Source: an uncultured Eubacteriales bacterium
GTDB taxonomy: Bacteria > Bacillota > Clostridia > Christensenellales > Aristaeellaceae
NCBI GenBank assembly: GCA_902788445.1
Contig: CADAKE010000007.1
Span: 1,182-65,181, forward strand
Direction: 5' to 3'
DNA length: 64,000 nucleotides
Part shown: piece by piece, positions 18,957 through 30,847 of the stretch
How positions within the stretch are numbered: position 1 is the first letter of the stretch
How the letters are laid out: each line of letters begins with the position of its first letter
Position numbers and translations under genes: made by a program
The notes under the pieces: generated by a model
Databases searched by the model: none
The model's input: the letters and a program-made list of their open reading frames with translations, nothing else
What the model was told of the DNA's origin: nothing

Positions 18957-19059
18957 AAGGCAATAGGTATTAGGCATTAGGCAATAGGCATTAGTGATCT
19001 ACAATAGAAACTCGAAGCGCAGTTCAACTTTTTTCCTAATGCCTAATACCTATTGCCTT
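18957..19059. repeat. Heptad-arm hairpin element H3 (unit TAGGCAW)
   Basis: AAGGCAATAGGTATTAGGCATTAGG (18957-18981) pairs perfectly with CCTAATGCCTAATACCTATTGCCTT (19035-19059). The heptads continue into the spacer. Lies between convergent genes. Confidence 0.9.
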
Positions 19060-19091
19060 TTCTTACTTAAAGGATCGTTTATAATAATGGC

Positions 19092-21441
<2,350 letters not shown>

Positions 21442-21493
21442 GAGGAAAGCGTCCTTCCAAAGTAATGTATCGGGCATTATTGTAACATATTGT

Positions 21494-22591
21494 TCAAGTC
21501 GCCGCAAGGCTTCTTTTGCCGAAGCCCGCTTCGATCAGCTTCTGATTTTCCAGAAGCCGTTTGTTTTGGGGCGATAATTTCAGCGCTTCCCGGATGGCGG
21601 CATCCGCTTTTTCCATTTGCCCGGTATAGTAAAACGCCAGGGCCCGCAAATCCCAGGGCAGGCTGCCCCAGGCGGTGTTTTCGGTGATGTAGTTCCGGCT
21701 TCTTTCCTGAATCGCCAGGGCCAGGCCGGTCAGGTAAATAACGGCTTCCCAATTTTGCTGTTGGTACTTTTCCAAGGCCAAATCCATAAATGGCTCGCGG
21801 AGATACGGCGCTTCCGCCATCGCCCGCCAGAGCCATTGCTCGGCGGCGGCAGCGTCGCCTTTCCTGCGGTACGCTTTGGCGATGTAGCGCATGGATGCGC
21901 AGCGCTCGTCCTTCCACGTCGCGGAGGGCATGGAAAGATGGCGCGTCAGCGTGTGGATACAATCGTCCCAGCGTCCATGAAAATAGTATTCCCGACCCAG
22001 GTAGTGGACGTTGCGGTCGTCGTCCGGCGCTTCCTGAACGGACAACTCCAGCAGCGGCAGATACTGCGCCCGGGATTTTTCCGGGTCGGCGTGGTGGTTT
22101 AACTGCATCCCCGGCACCGTGACCTGCTTTTCTTTGCCTTCGCCCATCCAGGTGAGCACCTCGTGGACAGGATGCGTCCATTGGTAACCATGGCGGCAGT
22201 GCGCCTTGTTCAGCCAGAACACGCGGTCCTCCGAGCCATCGGGTTCAAAATTCCAGGTATAGCGGTAGGACGCGCGGGTCGTTCCCTCCTTCCAGGCGTC
22301 CTCCAGGCGAACGCGCCAGCCGGGTTCAAACGCCTCGTCCAGGTCGGTGCAGACGCAAATGTCCGCATCCTGCGGAATCAGCTCCAGGGAAGCGTTTCGA
22401 GCCGTGTCAAAGCGCCAGGGCTCAATCAGGGCTTCCAGCACATGAACGCCTTTTGAACGCAATAAAGAAACAGTATCGTCCTGGGAGCCGGTGTCCAGCA
22501 CATAGATTTCATCCGCCTCAGCCATGGATTCCGCCCAGCGGAGGGCAAACTTGCTTTCATTCTTGGCGATGGCATACACGCAGATTTTCAT
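21494..22591 (-). CDS. family-2 glycosyltransferase with C-terminal TPR-like repeats
   Basis: KICVYAIAKNESKF...VLDTGSQDDT GT-A (DxD-type) N-domain. The helical-repeat C-half has W/Y/A periodicity. Confidence 0.7.
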   Translation of the reverse strand: MKICVYAIAKNESKFALRWAESMAEADEIYVLDTGSQDDTVSLLRSKGVHVLEALIEPWRFDTARNASLELIPQDADICVCTDLDEAFEPGWRVRLEDAWKEGTTRASYRYTWNFEPDGSEDRVFWLNKAHCRHGYQWTHPVHEVLTWMGEGKEKQVTVPGMQLNHHADPEKSRAQYLPLLELSVQEAPDDDRNVHYLGREYYFHGRWDDCIHTLTRHLSMPSATWKDERCASMRYIAKAYRRKGDAAAAEQWLWRAMAEAPYLREPFMDLALEKYQQQNWEAVIYLTGLALAIQERSRNYITENTAWGSLPWDLRALAFYYTGQMEKADAAIREALKLSPQNKRLLENQKLIEAGFGKRSLAAT

Positions 22592-22645
22592 AGCGTCCCC
22601 CCTGAAAAAAGGGGCTGTGCGGAAACACAGCCCCGGTCGGTTCGG

Positions 22646-23320
<675 letters not shown>

Positions 23321-23418
23321 TCAGCTTTTCATATCGTTTCGGCAGGCGGTTTTCCCTGCCACTATCAGCGTATGATTCAGATGAAAAAGGGTGACAAAAA
23401 GGAGACTTTAAGTTATTA

Positions 23419-23628
23419 AAGGCAATAGGCAATAGGCATTAGGCATTAGGCAATAGGCAATAGTTCTATTTGGCTTTCGATATCATAACTGTTCAGTCCA
23501 GTTGCTTTCAAGAAAGTAACTATGTCATCCCGACCGGAGCGCAGCGGAGTGGAGGGACCTAAAAGCCGGGTATTCTTTTTTCTGGCGTGCTAATTCCCTA
23601 ATGCCTATTGCCTAATGCCTATTGCCTT
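23419..23628. repeat. Heptad-arm hairpin element H4 (unit TAGGCAW) with an enlarged spacer
   Basis: The left-arm heptad run is 23419-23463. The right arm 23596-23628 is CCCTAATGCCTATTGCCTAATGCCTATTGCCTT. It shares TTTAAGT/ACTTAAA outer flanks with H3. The 132-nt spacer carries a 36-nt motif (23524-23559) and a T-run. Confidence 0.85.
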
Positions 23629-23667
23629 AGTCACTTAAAGTACCCCGTCCATCAATCCGAAAACGCC

Positions 23668-24537
23668 TTACGCCCGGTGCACCCACAGCACGCCCGGCAG
23701 GATGCGGGCCGTGGCTTCGGGTTCGCCAACGATTTCGCCGTCAATGTTGACGCGCATATGGGGAGCAGAGAACGTGACGGCTGACGCGCGGACGAACGTG
23801 GTTTCAGGGAAAGAAAGGATCTTTCCCTGCATGAGCCCCGCCAGCCGGGCCAGCAAATGCCGTTTTTTGATCTTGCCCACGATCACCACGTCAAACAATC
23901 CGTCGTCCGCTTTCGCTTCCGGCGCGATGGGAATGCCGCCGCCGATGATGCCGCCGTTCGCCACAGCGACCACAAAAGCGTCCGACGTGACCGCTTCGCC
24001 GCCGTCAATGGAATACGTGAGCGGAATGGAGCGGAAGCGGAACAGGGTCTGCAATACGCCGTAAAGATACGGAAGCAGTCCCCGGCAGTACCGCTTGGCC
24101 TTTTCCGCATAGTCCAGCACGGACACGTCGAAGCCCGTGCCGATTTCGTTCAGGAACATGCGCCCGTTGATCTCCCCCGCGTCGGTTTTCTTTGGCGGAT
24201 GGGAGAGGATAAATTCCAGCGCCGCTTTGGGTTCCTTGGGCGAATGGAGCGTTTTCACAAAGTCATTGCCTGTTCCGGCGGGAATCACGCCCAGCGCGGT
24301 ATCTGATCCCAGCAATCCCTGCGCCGTTTCAAACGCCGTGCCGTCCCCGCCGATGGAGAGCACGGTTTCAGCGCCCGCTTCGCTGGCTTGCTTCGCCAGG
24401 TCAGAGGCGTGGCCCGGTCTTTCCGTCCACAGCATCCGGAACGGGATGCCCTTTTCCTTCAGCATCGCTTCTATTTCTTCTCCCGCTTTTCGCCCGCGGC
24501 CATTCCCGGCGACGGGATTGCAGACAACGTAAATCAC
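23668..24537 (-). CDS. diacylglycerol/lipid kinase (YegS/DagK family)
   Basis: NPVAGNG N-terminus and SIGGDGT catalytic-domain motif; 289 aa. Confidence 0.85.
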   Translation of the reverse strand: MIYVVCNPVAGNGRGRKAGEEIEAMLKEKGIPFRMLWTERPGHASDLAKQASEAGAETVLSIGGDGTAFETAQGLLGSDTALGVIPAGTGNDFVKTLHSPKEPKAALEFILSHPPKKTDAGEINGRMFLNEIGTGFDVSVLDYAEKAKRYCRGLLPYLYGVLQTLFRFRSIPLTYSIDGGEAVTSDAFVVAVANGGIIGGGIPIAPEAKADDGLFDVVIVGKIKKRHLLARLAGLMQGKILSFPETTFVRASAVTFSAPHMRVNIDGEIVGEPEATARILPGVLWVHRA

Positions 24538-24658
24538 ACGCGGCGCTCCCTTTCGTGTTTAGGATGAAATTACTTTATCGGAAATCCTTCCATTTGTAAA
24601 GCCATTTTTTGGACAAATCCCCGAAACGGATATTTTACATTTCATCCGATTTTTCAGA

Positions 24659-24687
24659 TTGACAAACGAAAGCCGCTGGGATAAGAT
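24659..24687 (+). promoter_or_regulatory. sigma-70-type promoter candidate
   Basis: TTGACA (24659-24664), 17-nt spacer, TAAGAT (24682-24687), about 50 nt upstream of the 24736 ATG. Confidence 0.5.
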
Positions 24688-24735
24688 GGGGAAGAAAACG
24701 AACGGAGAAAAATTGCTCAGGAAAGGAGCGGGATC

Positions 24736-25473
24736 ATGGTCAGAAGATTCTTTGCGGCGCTTCTCGCCTTGATGCTTTTATGCGCCGCCTGTCCCGCTTT
24801 CGCGGAAGAAACGGGCCTGACGCCCCGGGAAGAACTGATCGACGCGATCATCGAAACGGGCCATCAGCTTTTCGTCAAAGCGAACGGAAAGCTCCAGCGC
24901 GCGCAGAAGGCCGGGGATATTTACGTGTGCAAGAATTTCACGGTGCACGTGTTCAAAGAAAGCGCTTCAAATTTCCGGATGGCGGAGTTCCCCGAGGCGG
25001 CCCTGAAGGTGCCCAACAACCTGCCCGCGGACAAATGCAAGCCCTACGCCTACGGCTACTGCTGGGAGGACGTGGCCCCGGAGGACGGCAATCCCTTCTA
25101 CATCGCCGCGCAGTTTGTGTATGACACCAGCGAAAGCAAGCAGGAGAACCTAAAGCGCGCTATTGATTTTATGAAGCAGGTTCAGCGCGGCGACTACTTC
25201 CAGATGTCCGCCGAATACTACTACGGCATGGGCGCCCACAGCGCCATCATGATTGCGGATTACGACCCCGATTCCAACACTGTGCATTGGATGGACAGCA
25301 ACATGGTGGGCGAAAAGCGGGACGGCGTGCGCTACGGCAAGGTGCAGTACGACGCGGTGAAGGACATTTCCTGGTGGGCGGACGCTTTTTGTAAAAAGAA
25401 GCGCGGCGCGACCATCTACCGCCTGCGGAACGACATCGTGCGGGCGGATGCCGCCGGGGGAACCCAGGAATGA
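24736..25473 (+). CDS. secreted hypothetical protein
   Basis: Signal peptide MVRRFFAALLALMLLCAACPAFA. No family recognised; possible Cys/His hydrolase fold (YVCKNF...GAHSAIMI), which is speculative. Confidence 0.6.
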   Translation: MVRRFFAALLALMLLCAACPAFAEETGLTPREELIDAIIETGHQLFVKANGKLQRAQKAGDIYVCKNFTVHVFKESASNFRMAEFPEAALKVPNNLPADKCKPYAYGYCWEDVAPEDGNPFYIAAQFVYDTSESKQENLKRAIDFMKQVQRGDYFQMSAEYYYGMGAHSAIMIADYDPDSNTVHWMDSNMVGEKRDGVRYGKVQYDAVKDISWWADAFCKKKRGATIYRLRNDIVRADAAGGTQE

Positions 25474-25522
25474 TTCTTCCGGCTTTTGCGGAATTCTTCG
25501 CCAAAAACCTCACAAACAGGGA

Positions 25523-25551
25523 TGTACATTTTCGGGAAAAAATGCTATAAT
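25523..25551 (+). promoter_or_regulatory. sigma-70-type promoter candidate (extended -10)
   Basis: TGTACA, 17-nt spacer, TGcTATAAT (25546-25551), upstream of the PucR-like gene. Confidence 0.55.
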
Positions 25552-25619
25552 ATGATTTGCGTGATTCATTGAAGCGAACAATAGCAGGCAGCCTCCACAT
25601 TGAGAAGGGAGAATACGGC

Positions 25620-26690
25620 ATGGATAATCGTCTATTATTTCAGCTTCAGCAGATTTTTTCCCGTCTCCGCACCCCCATATCCCTATTGGATACGGAGGGA
25701 AACAGCCTGATTCCCAATGAAGACATTCGCTTTTCCCTGCCGTCCCTCAGCCAGCCCGGCGTGCCGGTCGCCCAGGACGGTCGGCTGTACCAGCAATGCG
25801 CGTCCGCGCCCGGCTGGGTGATCATGACCACGATCACGGACGCCGACGCCGCGCGGGACGCGTTTGTTCTGTGCGACGCCATGATCGGCGCGGCCATTAC
25901 CGCGAACGAAGCGGGGAACGATTTAAACAACGCCTACCAGCGGATTTTGCAGAATGAACTGTCCCTGGCCGAGCTGGACGCCGTCGTGGACGAGCACGGC
26001 ATTGCGGCGGGGATGCCCCGGTGCGTGCTGCTGATGCATATGGTGCAGGTGCAGCAGCGCTCCGCTTACGAGATCCTGGATGAATTCCTGCCCCGCGCGA
26101 ATACGGACGTGCTGGTTTCCATGGATAAGCACACCGCCGCTTTCGTCAAGGATGTGAGCGGCCTGGAGGACGAGGACGAACTGCGCCAGTTCGCCTGCGC
26201 CGTGCAGGAAACGCTGATGGGCGAAATCGCGCTGCCGGTGATGATCGGCATCGGCGAGGTGGCCAAGTCCGTGGGTGAACTGCATTCCTCCTACCGCCAG
26301 GCGCGGCGGGCGATTGAGATTGGCCGGGCCTACGCCCCGGAACGCACCATCCACGTGTACCGCTCCATGATGCTGGAACGCTTCCTTTCCGACCTGTCCC
26401 CCGAGCTTGCGGAGCATTACCACGGCCTGCTCTTTAACCGCTCCACCGCCCGGCTCTTCGGCGAGGAAATGCTCTATACCATCGAAATGTTCTTTAAGAA
26501 AGACCTGAACCTCTCCGACACCGCGCGGCAGCTGTACATCCACCGCAACACCCTGGTGTACCGGCTGGACAAGGTGCAGCGCCAGGTGGGGCTCGACCTG
26601 CGCAAATTCGAGGACGCAGTCACATTCAAAATGCTGCTTGAAATGCGCAAATGCGGCAATAATAAAACAAAGGTGAAAAAGGGGCGCTGA
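25620..26690 (+). CDS. PucR/CdaR-family transcriptional regulator
   Basis: C-terminal HTH ARQLYIHRNTLVYRLDKVQRQVGLDL. Start set to ATG 25620, after the GAGAAGGGAGAA RBS. Confidence 0.75.
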   Translation: MDNRLLFQLQQIFSRLRTPISLLDTEGNSLIPNEDIRFSLPSLSQPGVPVAQDGRLYQQCASAPGWVIMTTITDADAARDAFVLCDAMIGAAITANEAGNDLNNAYQRILQNELSLAELDAVVDEHGIAAGMPRCVLLMHMVQVQQRSAYEILDEFLPRANTDVLVSMDKHTAAFVKDVSGLEDEDELRQFACAVQETLMGEIALPVMIGIGEVAKSVGELHSSYRQARRAIEIGRAYAPERTIHVYRSMMLERFLSDLSPELAEHYHGLLFNRSTARLFGEEMLYTIEMFFKKDLNLSDTARQLYIHRNTLVYRLDKVQRQVGLDLRKFEDAVTFKMLLEMRKCGNNKTKVKKGR

Positions 26691-26720
26691 GAAGCGCCCT
26701 GAACAGCGAAGGGAGATTAC

Positions 26721-27935
26721 ATGAAGAAAAAAGTATTGATCGTTTTTATCCTGCTCCTGGTGCTCTGCGGCGCGCTGATCGTGAGCGCGAACGCTTCGAG
26801 TCTTTTTGGGCCCAGGAACCAAAAGACCGTCGTGATCTCGCAGGAAGAGTATGACCGTCTGAGCCGGTTCAAGAAAATGGACACCATCCTGCAATACGTG
26901 GAAACCTACTACATCGAAGAGCCCGACACGGACAAAATGATCGAAAACGCGACCAAGGGGCTGCTCTTCGCCCTGGAAGACCCCTATACTTACTATTATG
27001 ACGCCGAGGAATGGCAGCAGATGTGGGAGAATGATGAAGGGGAATACGGCGGCATCGGCATCATGATGCTGGGCAATCCCGAGGATTATTCCGTCACCAT
27101 CACCCAAGTATTCAGAGATACCCCCGCCGAAAGAGCAGGCGTGCTCAGGGGAGACGTGCTGGTGCGGGTGGAAGACCTGGAAGTGGACTTCTACTCCATG
27201 CAGAACGCTGTCAATATTATGCGCGGCACAGTGGAGGAACCCGTTGAAATCGAGGTCAAGCGCGGGGAAGAGTACATCACCTTCCAAATCCCCCGCGCCA
27301 TCATCCACGTCAACCGTGTGGAATACACCATGCTGGACGGCGACGTCGGCCTGATCGCGCTGTATGATTTTGCCGGGGAAAGCGAAAAAGAATTCACCGC
27401 CGCGCTGGATGTGCTCAAGCAGCAGGGCGCGAAAGCGCTGATTGTTGACCTGCGCAACAACGGCGGCGGATGGGTGGACTCCGCCCGTCAAATCGGCGAT
27501 CTGTTCCTGGACGACGGCCTTCTTTTCTACAGTGAAGACCGGTACGGAAACCGCGAAGAAAACGCCATGAAGGCTGGCGCGGACGATATCCCGCTGGTAT
27601 TCCTGATCAACCAGGGCACCGCCTCCGCTTCTGAAATCCTCTCCGGCGGCCTGCACGACCGCGGCCGCGCTACACTGGTCGGCACGCAGTCCTACGGCAA
27701 AGGCATCATGCAGGCTGTGATCCCGCTCGGCAACAACGACGAGGACGGCTTCCAGATGACCATTGAGCAGTATTTCATGCCCTCCGGCGAGAAGGTGCAT
27801 AAGATCGGCCTGACCCCGGACATCGTGTCCGAAATGCCGGAAGAACTGGCAACCGTGTATTTCGCTCTTGGCGACCTAGCGGACCCGCAGATGAAGGACG
27901 CCTGGAACGCCGCCAAAGACCTGATCAAGGATTGA
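26721..27935 (+). CDS. S41 carboxyl-terminal processing protease (Ctp)
   Basis: Signal anchor, PDZ segment, DLRNNGGG and GTASASEI catalytic motifs; 404 aa. Confidence 0.9.
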   Translation: MKKKVLIVFILLLVLCGALIVSANASSLFGPRNQKTVVISQEEYDRLSRFKKMDTILQYVETYYIEEPDTDKMIENATKGLLFALEDPYTYYYDAEEWQQMWENDEGEYGGIGIMMLGNPEDYSVTITQVFRDTPAERAGVLRGDVLVRVEDLEVDFYSMQNAVNIMRGTVEEPVEIEVKRGEEYITFQIPRAIIHVNRVEYTMLDGDVGLIALYDFAGESEKEFTAALDVLKQQGAKALIVDLRNNGGGWVDSARQIGDLFLDDGLLFYSEDRYGNREENAMKAGADDIPLVFLINQGTASASEILSGGLHDRGRATLVGTQSYGKGIMQAVIPLGNNDEDGFQMTIEQYFMPSGEKVHKIGLTPDIVSEMPEELATVYFALGDLADPQMKDAWNAAKDLIKD

Positions 27936-27952
27936 TCTTTTTCCTGGATTTC

Positions 27953-27984
27953 AACGCCGCGAAGTAAAGCTTCGCGGCGTTTTT
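27953..27984 (+). terminator. intrinsic terminator after ctp
   Basis: AACGCCGCGAAG / CTTCGCGGCGTT 12-bp stem, 5-nt loop, T-run. Confidence 0.8.
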
Positions 27985-28092
27985 GCAATCCTTTTGACAT
28001 TTCTGGCAATTGTAACATCCCGGTGTCATCGGTGGATTTTGGCCGGTCGGTGTAGTATAATGAAGCTTATCATGGAGGAAGGGAGAAGAGAC

Positions 28093-29574
28093 ATGCGCTT
28101 TTTTAGAATCGCGTTTATCGTATTGTGCCTTCTCCTTCTGACTCCATTTCTCCGTTCCGCATCTGCCGAGGCGGGCCAGCGCCGGGCGCTGCTGATCGGC
28201 TGCGACCATTTTGTCAGCCAGCCGGACACCTGGCCCGCGGCGGAAAACAACCTGCGGCTGGTTGCCAACGCATTGTTTTCGGATGTTCGGCGGTATGCCC
28301 TGGTGCGTACCGTTTCGGACGGCATCGCTACGAAGGAAGCCTTTGAGGAGGCTGTTAAAGCCGCTTTCCAAAGCAGCGGGGAAAACGATACATCCGTTCT
28401 GTATATCAGCACCCACGGCATTTTTGAAGAAAACGTCAGCAACGCAGACGCCGGGTTCCTGCTCAGCGACGGCACGGCGGAAGCGCTGATTACCGGCGCG
28501 GATTTGCAGCGCGTGCTGGATCAGGTGCCGGGAAAAAAGGTCGTAATCCTGGACGCCTGCAATTCCGGCGCGGTCATCGGCAAGGGCCTGTCCGGCGGCG
28601 CGGATCAAATCTTCCTGTCCGGGCCGGACTACAAGGTGCTGTGCAGCGCGGGCGGCAGCGAAGCCAGCTGGTATTTTCAGAGCCCGGACGCCGCGGCGGA
28701 AGGGGCCAGCTATTTTGCCGCTGTGCTGGCATTCGGCCTGGACGCGACGGGCGGCCACGCCGCCGACCGGAACAGCGACGGGGAAATCACCCTCGCGGAA
28801 ACCTACGCCTATCTGTTGGAGCATTACGCCGCGTCGACGCCCCAGGTGTATCCTGAGATGGAAGAAACGGAAGTCCTGTATGCCTATGATCCCGACGCGC
28901 CTGTTTCGATCCAGAAAGCCGTCACCGACCTGACCTTTGAAGATACCCTGCTTACCGCCGGGGAAACCGAAGTTTCTTTTTCCTTTACCGTGCAGCGGCA
29001 GACCGAACTGTACTATCAAATCGTTTACCACCGCGAAGGGCAGTGGCAGTTTTCCCAGGCGCAGATGATCCCGGATCATGAACAGGACGATGGCACCATC
29101 CTGCCCGGCCGGAAAATGCGCGTGCTCTCCCTGAACACCGGCGACGGGGACTACGGCTACGCCATGCTCCAACTGTTCACGATGGAATCAGGAAGCCCCG
29201 TTTTCCAGGGTGCGCGGCTTTTGTGCGTGCGTCCGGCGGCGGGCAGCGTGACGCTCTCAATCGAAACGGGAAAATCCTTCGTTCCGGAACTTGGGCAGGA
29301 AATGCCCATTCTGGCGCAGCACGACGTGCCCTGCGGGCTGACGGTGAACATCCTGAACGGAGAAAACCGCGCCGTTCGCCGCCTGGCGTTTGACATGCCC
29401 TCCCGCCCCCAGCAGCTTTCCCCCGCCGCTTCCAGCTTTTTCTGGGACGGGAAAACAAGCGATGGCGAATACGCGCCGCCCGGGCTGTATACGGTGCAGG
29501 TGAAAACGGAGATCAACGGCGCCCAGTTCCTCTGCCAGAGCGAACCGTTCACGCTGGAAGAGGCGGCATATTGA
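28093..29574 (+). CDS. secreted caspase-family (peptidase C14) protein with FlgD-Ig-like C-terminal domain
   Basis: Signal peptide MRFFRIAFIVLCLLLLTPFL. His/Cys dyad context (YISTHG ... VVILDACNSG). C-terminal FWDGKTSDGEYAPPGLYTVQV. Start set to ATG 28093 after GGAGGAAGGGAG. Confidence 0.8.
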   Translation: MRFFRIAFIVLCLLLLTPFLRSASAEAGQRRALLIGCDHFVSQPDTWPAAENNLRLVANALFSDVRRYALVRTVSDGIATKEAFEEAVKAAFQSSGENDTSVLYISTHGIFEENVSNADAGFLLSDGTAEALITGADLQRVLDQVPGKKVVILDACNSGAVIGKGLSGGADQIFLSGPDYKVLCSAGGSEASWYFQSPDAAAEGASYFAAVLAFGLDATGGHAADRNSDGEITLAETYAYLLEHYAASTPQVYPEMEETEVLYAYDPDAPVSIQKAVTDLTFEDTLLTAGETEVSFSFTVQRQTELYYQIVYHREGQWQFSQAQMIPDHEQDDGTILPGRKMRVLSLNTGDGDYGYAMLQLFTMESGSPVFQGARLLCVRPAAGSVTLSIETGKSFVPELGQEMPILAQHDVPCGLTVNILNGENRAVRRLAFDMPSRPQQLSPAASSFFWDGKTSDGEYAPPGLYTVQVKTEINGAQFLCQSEPFTLEEAAY

Positions 29575-29605
29575 GCCTTTCATTTTCATCATTACGCAAT
29601 AAATC

Positions 29606-29658
29606 AAACAGCTTCTGCGTTTTGCCAGAGATTTCTGACAAGACCCAGAAGCTGTTTT
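29606..29658 (+). terminator. hairpin between convergent genes (possible terminator)
   Basis: AAACAGCTTCTG / CAGAAGCTGTTT 12-bp stem with a 28-nt loop and a short T-run. Confidence 0.4.
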
Positions 29659-29770
29659 CAGCGTGCATTGTTATCCTGAGCAAAGCGGAACGGAGCCGAA
29701 GGACCTGCTTTTTTCGTGGACGCATGAATCTTTGGAAACTTGTATCAACCACGATCGTGGAAAGTATTGT

Positions 29771-30847
29771 TTACTGATAGTATTCAGCGTACCATTCGGC
29801 GAAGGCCCGCAGGCCCTCGCGGATACCGATCCTGGGCGTAAAGCCGTAGTCTGCTTCCAGCGCGGCGGAATCCGCGTAGGTCACAGGCACGTCGCCCGCC
29901 TGCATCCCGACCAGTTCCCGGTGGCCTTCAAAATCGTAGTCCTGGGGCAGCACCTTCGCCCGCACCAGTTCCTCCTGGAGCGTGCTGATGTAGTCCAGCA
30001 GGTTTTCCGGCTGGCCGCCGCCGATGTTGTACACCGCGTAGGGCGGGAGCGGCAGGCCGTCCTGGCCATTCTTCTTTTCCGGCGCGCCCTGCATCACGCG
30101 CAGGATGCCTTCCACGATATCGTCGACGTAGGTGAAATCGCGCTTCATATCGCCGTAATTGAAAATCTGGATGTTCTTTCCGGCGGCCAGCTTCTGGGTC
30201 GCGCTGAAATAGAACATATCGGGACGCCCAGCGGGGCCGTATACGGTAAAGAAGCGCAGGCCGGTGGAGGGAATATTATACAGCTTGCTGTAAGCATGGG
30301 CCAGCAGTTCATTGCTCTTTTTGGTGGCGGCGTAGAGGCTCACGGGATTGTCCACCTTGTCGTCCGTGGAGAAGGGCACCTTTTTGTTTCCGCCGTATAC
30401 CGACGAGGAACTGGCGTACACCAGATGCTCCACCGGGTTGTGGCGGCAGGCTTCCAGGATATTGTAGAAGCCGATGATGTTGCTTTCGATATAAACGTCG
30501 GGATGGTCAATGGAATAGCGCACGCCCGCCTGGGCCGCGAGGTTGACCACGATGTCGAAGCGATACTGCGCAAACAGGCTGTCGATCAAGCCCTTATCCG
30601 CGATCGAGCCTTTGACGAATACGTGGTTCACCGGCGAAGCCGCCGCCGCTTTCTCCACCAGCCCCAGCCGGTATTCTTTCAGGGCCGGGTCATAATAACT
30701 GTTCATGTTGTCCAGGCTGACGACCGTGCCGGAGGCCATTTCCCGTAGCAGCCGCATGACCAGGTTCGCGCCGATGAAGCCGGGAGAACCCGTGACCAGG
30801 ATGGTTTTGTTGTTTAAATCAATATGCCGCTTGCCCATCTCGTTCAC
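29771..30847 (-). CDS. NAD-dependent epimerase, UDP-glucuronate 4-epimerase-like
   Basis: ILVTGSPGFIGANL Rossmann motif and YAATK catalytic motif; 358 aa, the typical length for this subfamily. Confidence 0.8.
   Translation of the reverse strand: MNEMGKRHIDLNNKTILVTGSPGFIGANLVMRLLREMASGTVVSLDNMNSYYDPALKEYRLGLVEKAAAASPVNHVFVKGSIADKGLIDSLFAQYRFDIVVNLAAQAGVRYSIDHPDVYIESNIIGFYNILEACRHNPVEHLVYASSSSVYGGNKKVPFSTDDKVDNPVSLYAATKKSNELLAHAYSKLYNIPSTGLRFFTVYGPAGRPDMFYFSATQKLAAGKNIQIFNYGDMKRDFTYVDDIVEGILRVMQGAPEKKNGQDGLPLPPYAVYNIGGGQPENLLDYISTLQEELVRAKVLPQDYDFEGHRELVGMQAGDVPVTYADSAALEADYGFTPRIGIREGLRAFAEWYAEYYQ

Noticed and set aside
18957-19059. Heptad arrays as CRISPR arrays or simple microsatellites
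   Set aside because: The period is 7 nt with no spacers, there are no cas genes, and the arrays always occur as two inverted arms. That makes them hairpin elements, not CRISPR or plain tandem repeats.
25923-27800. 625-aa minus-strand ORF, and a 415-aa minus-strand ORF at 27925-29172
   Set aside because: Both are antisense to the PucR-like, Ctp and caspase-like genes, which have signal peptides, RBSs and catalytic motifs. The translations are H/G/V/A/Q-rich low-information sequence.
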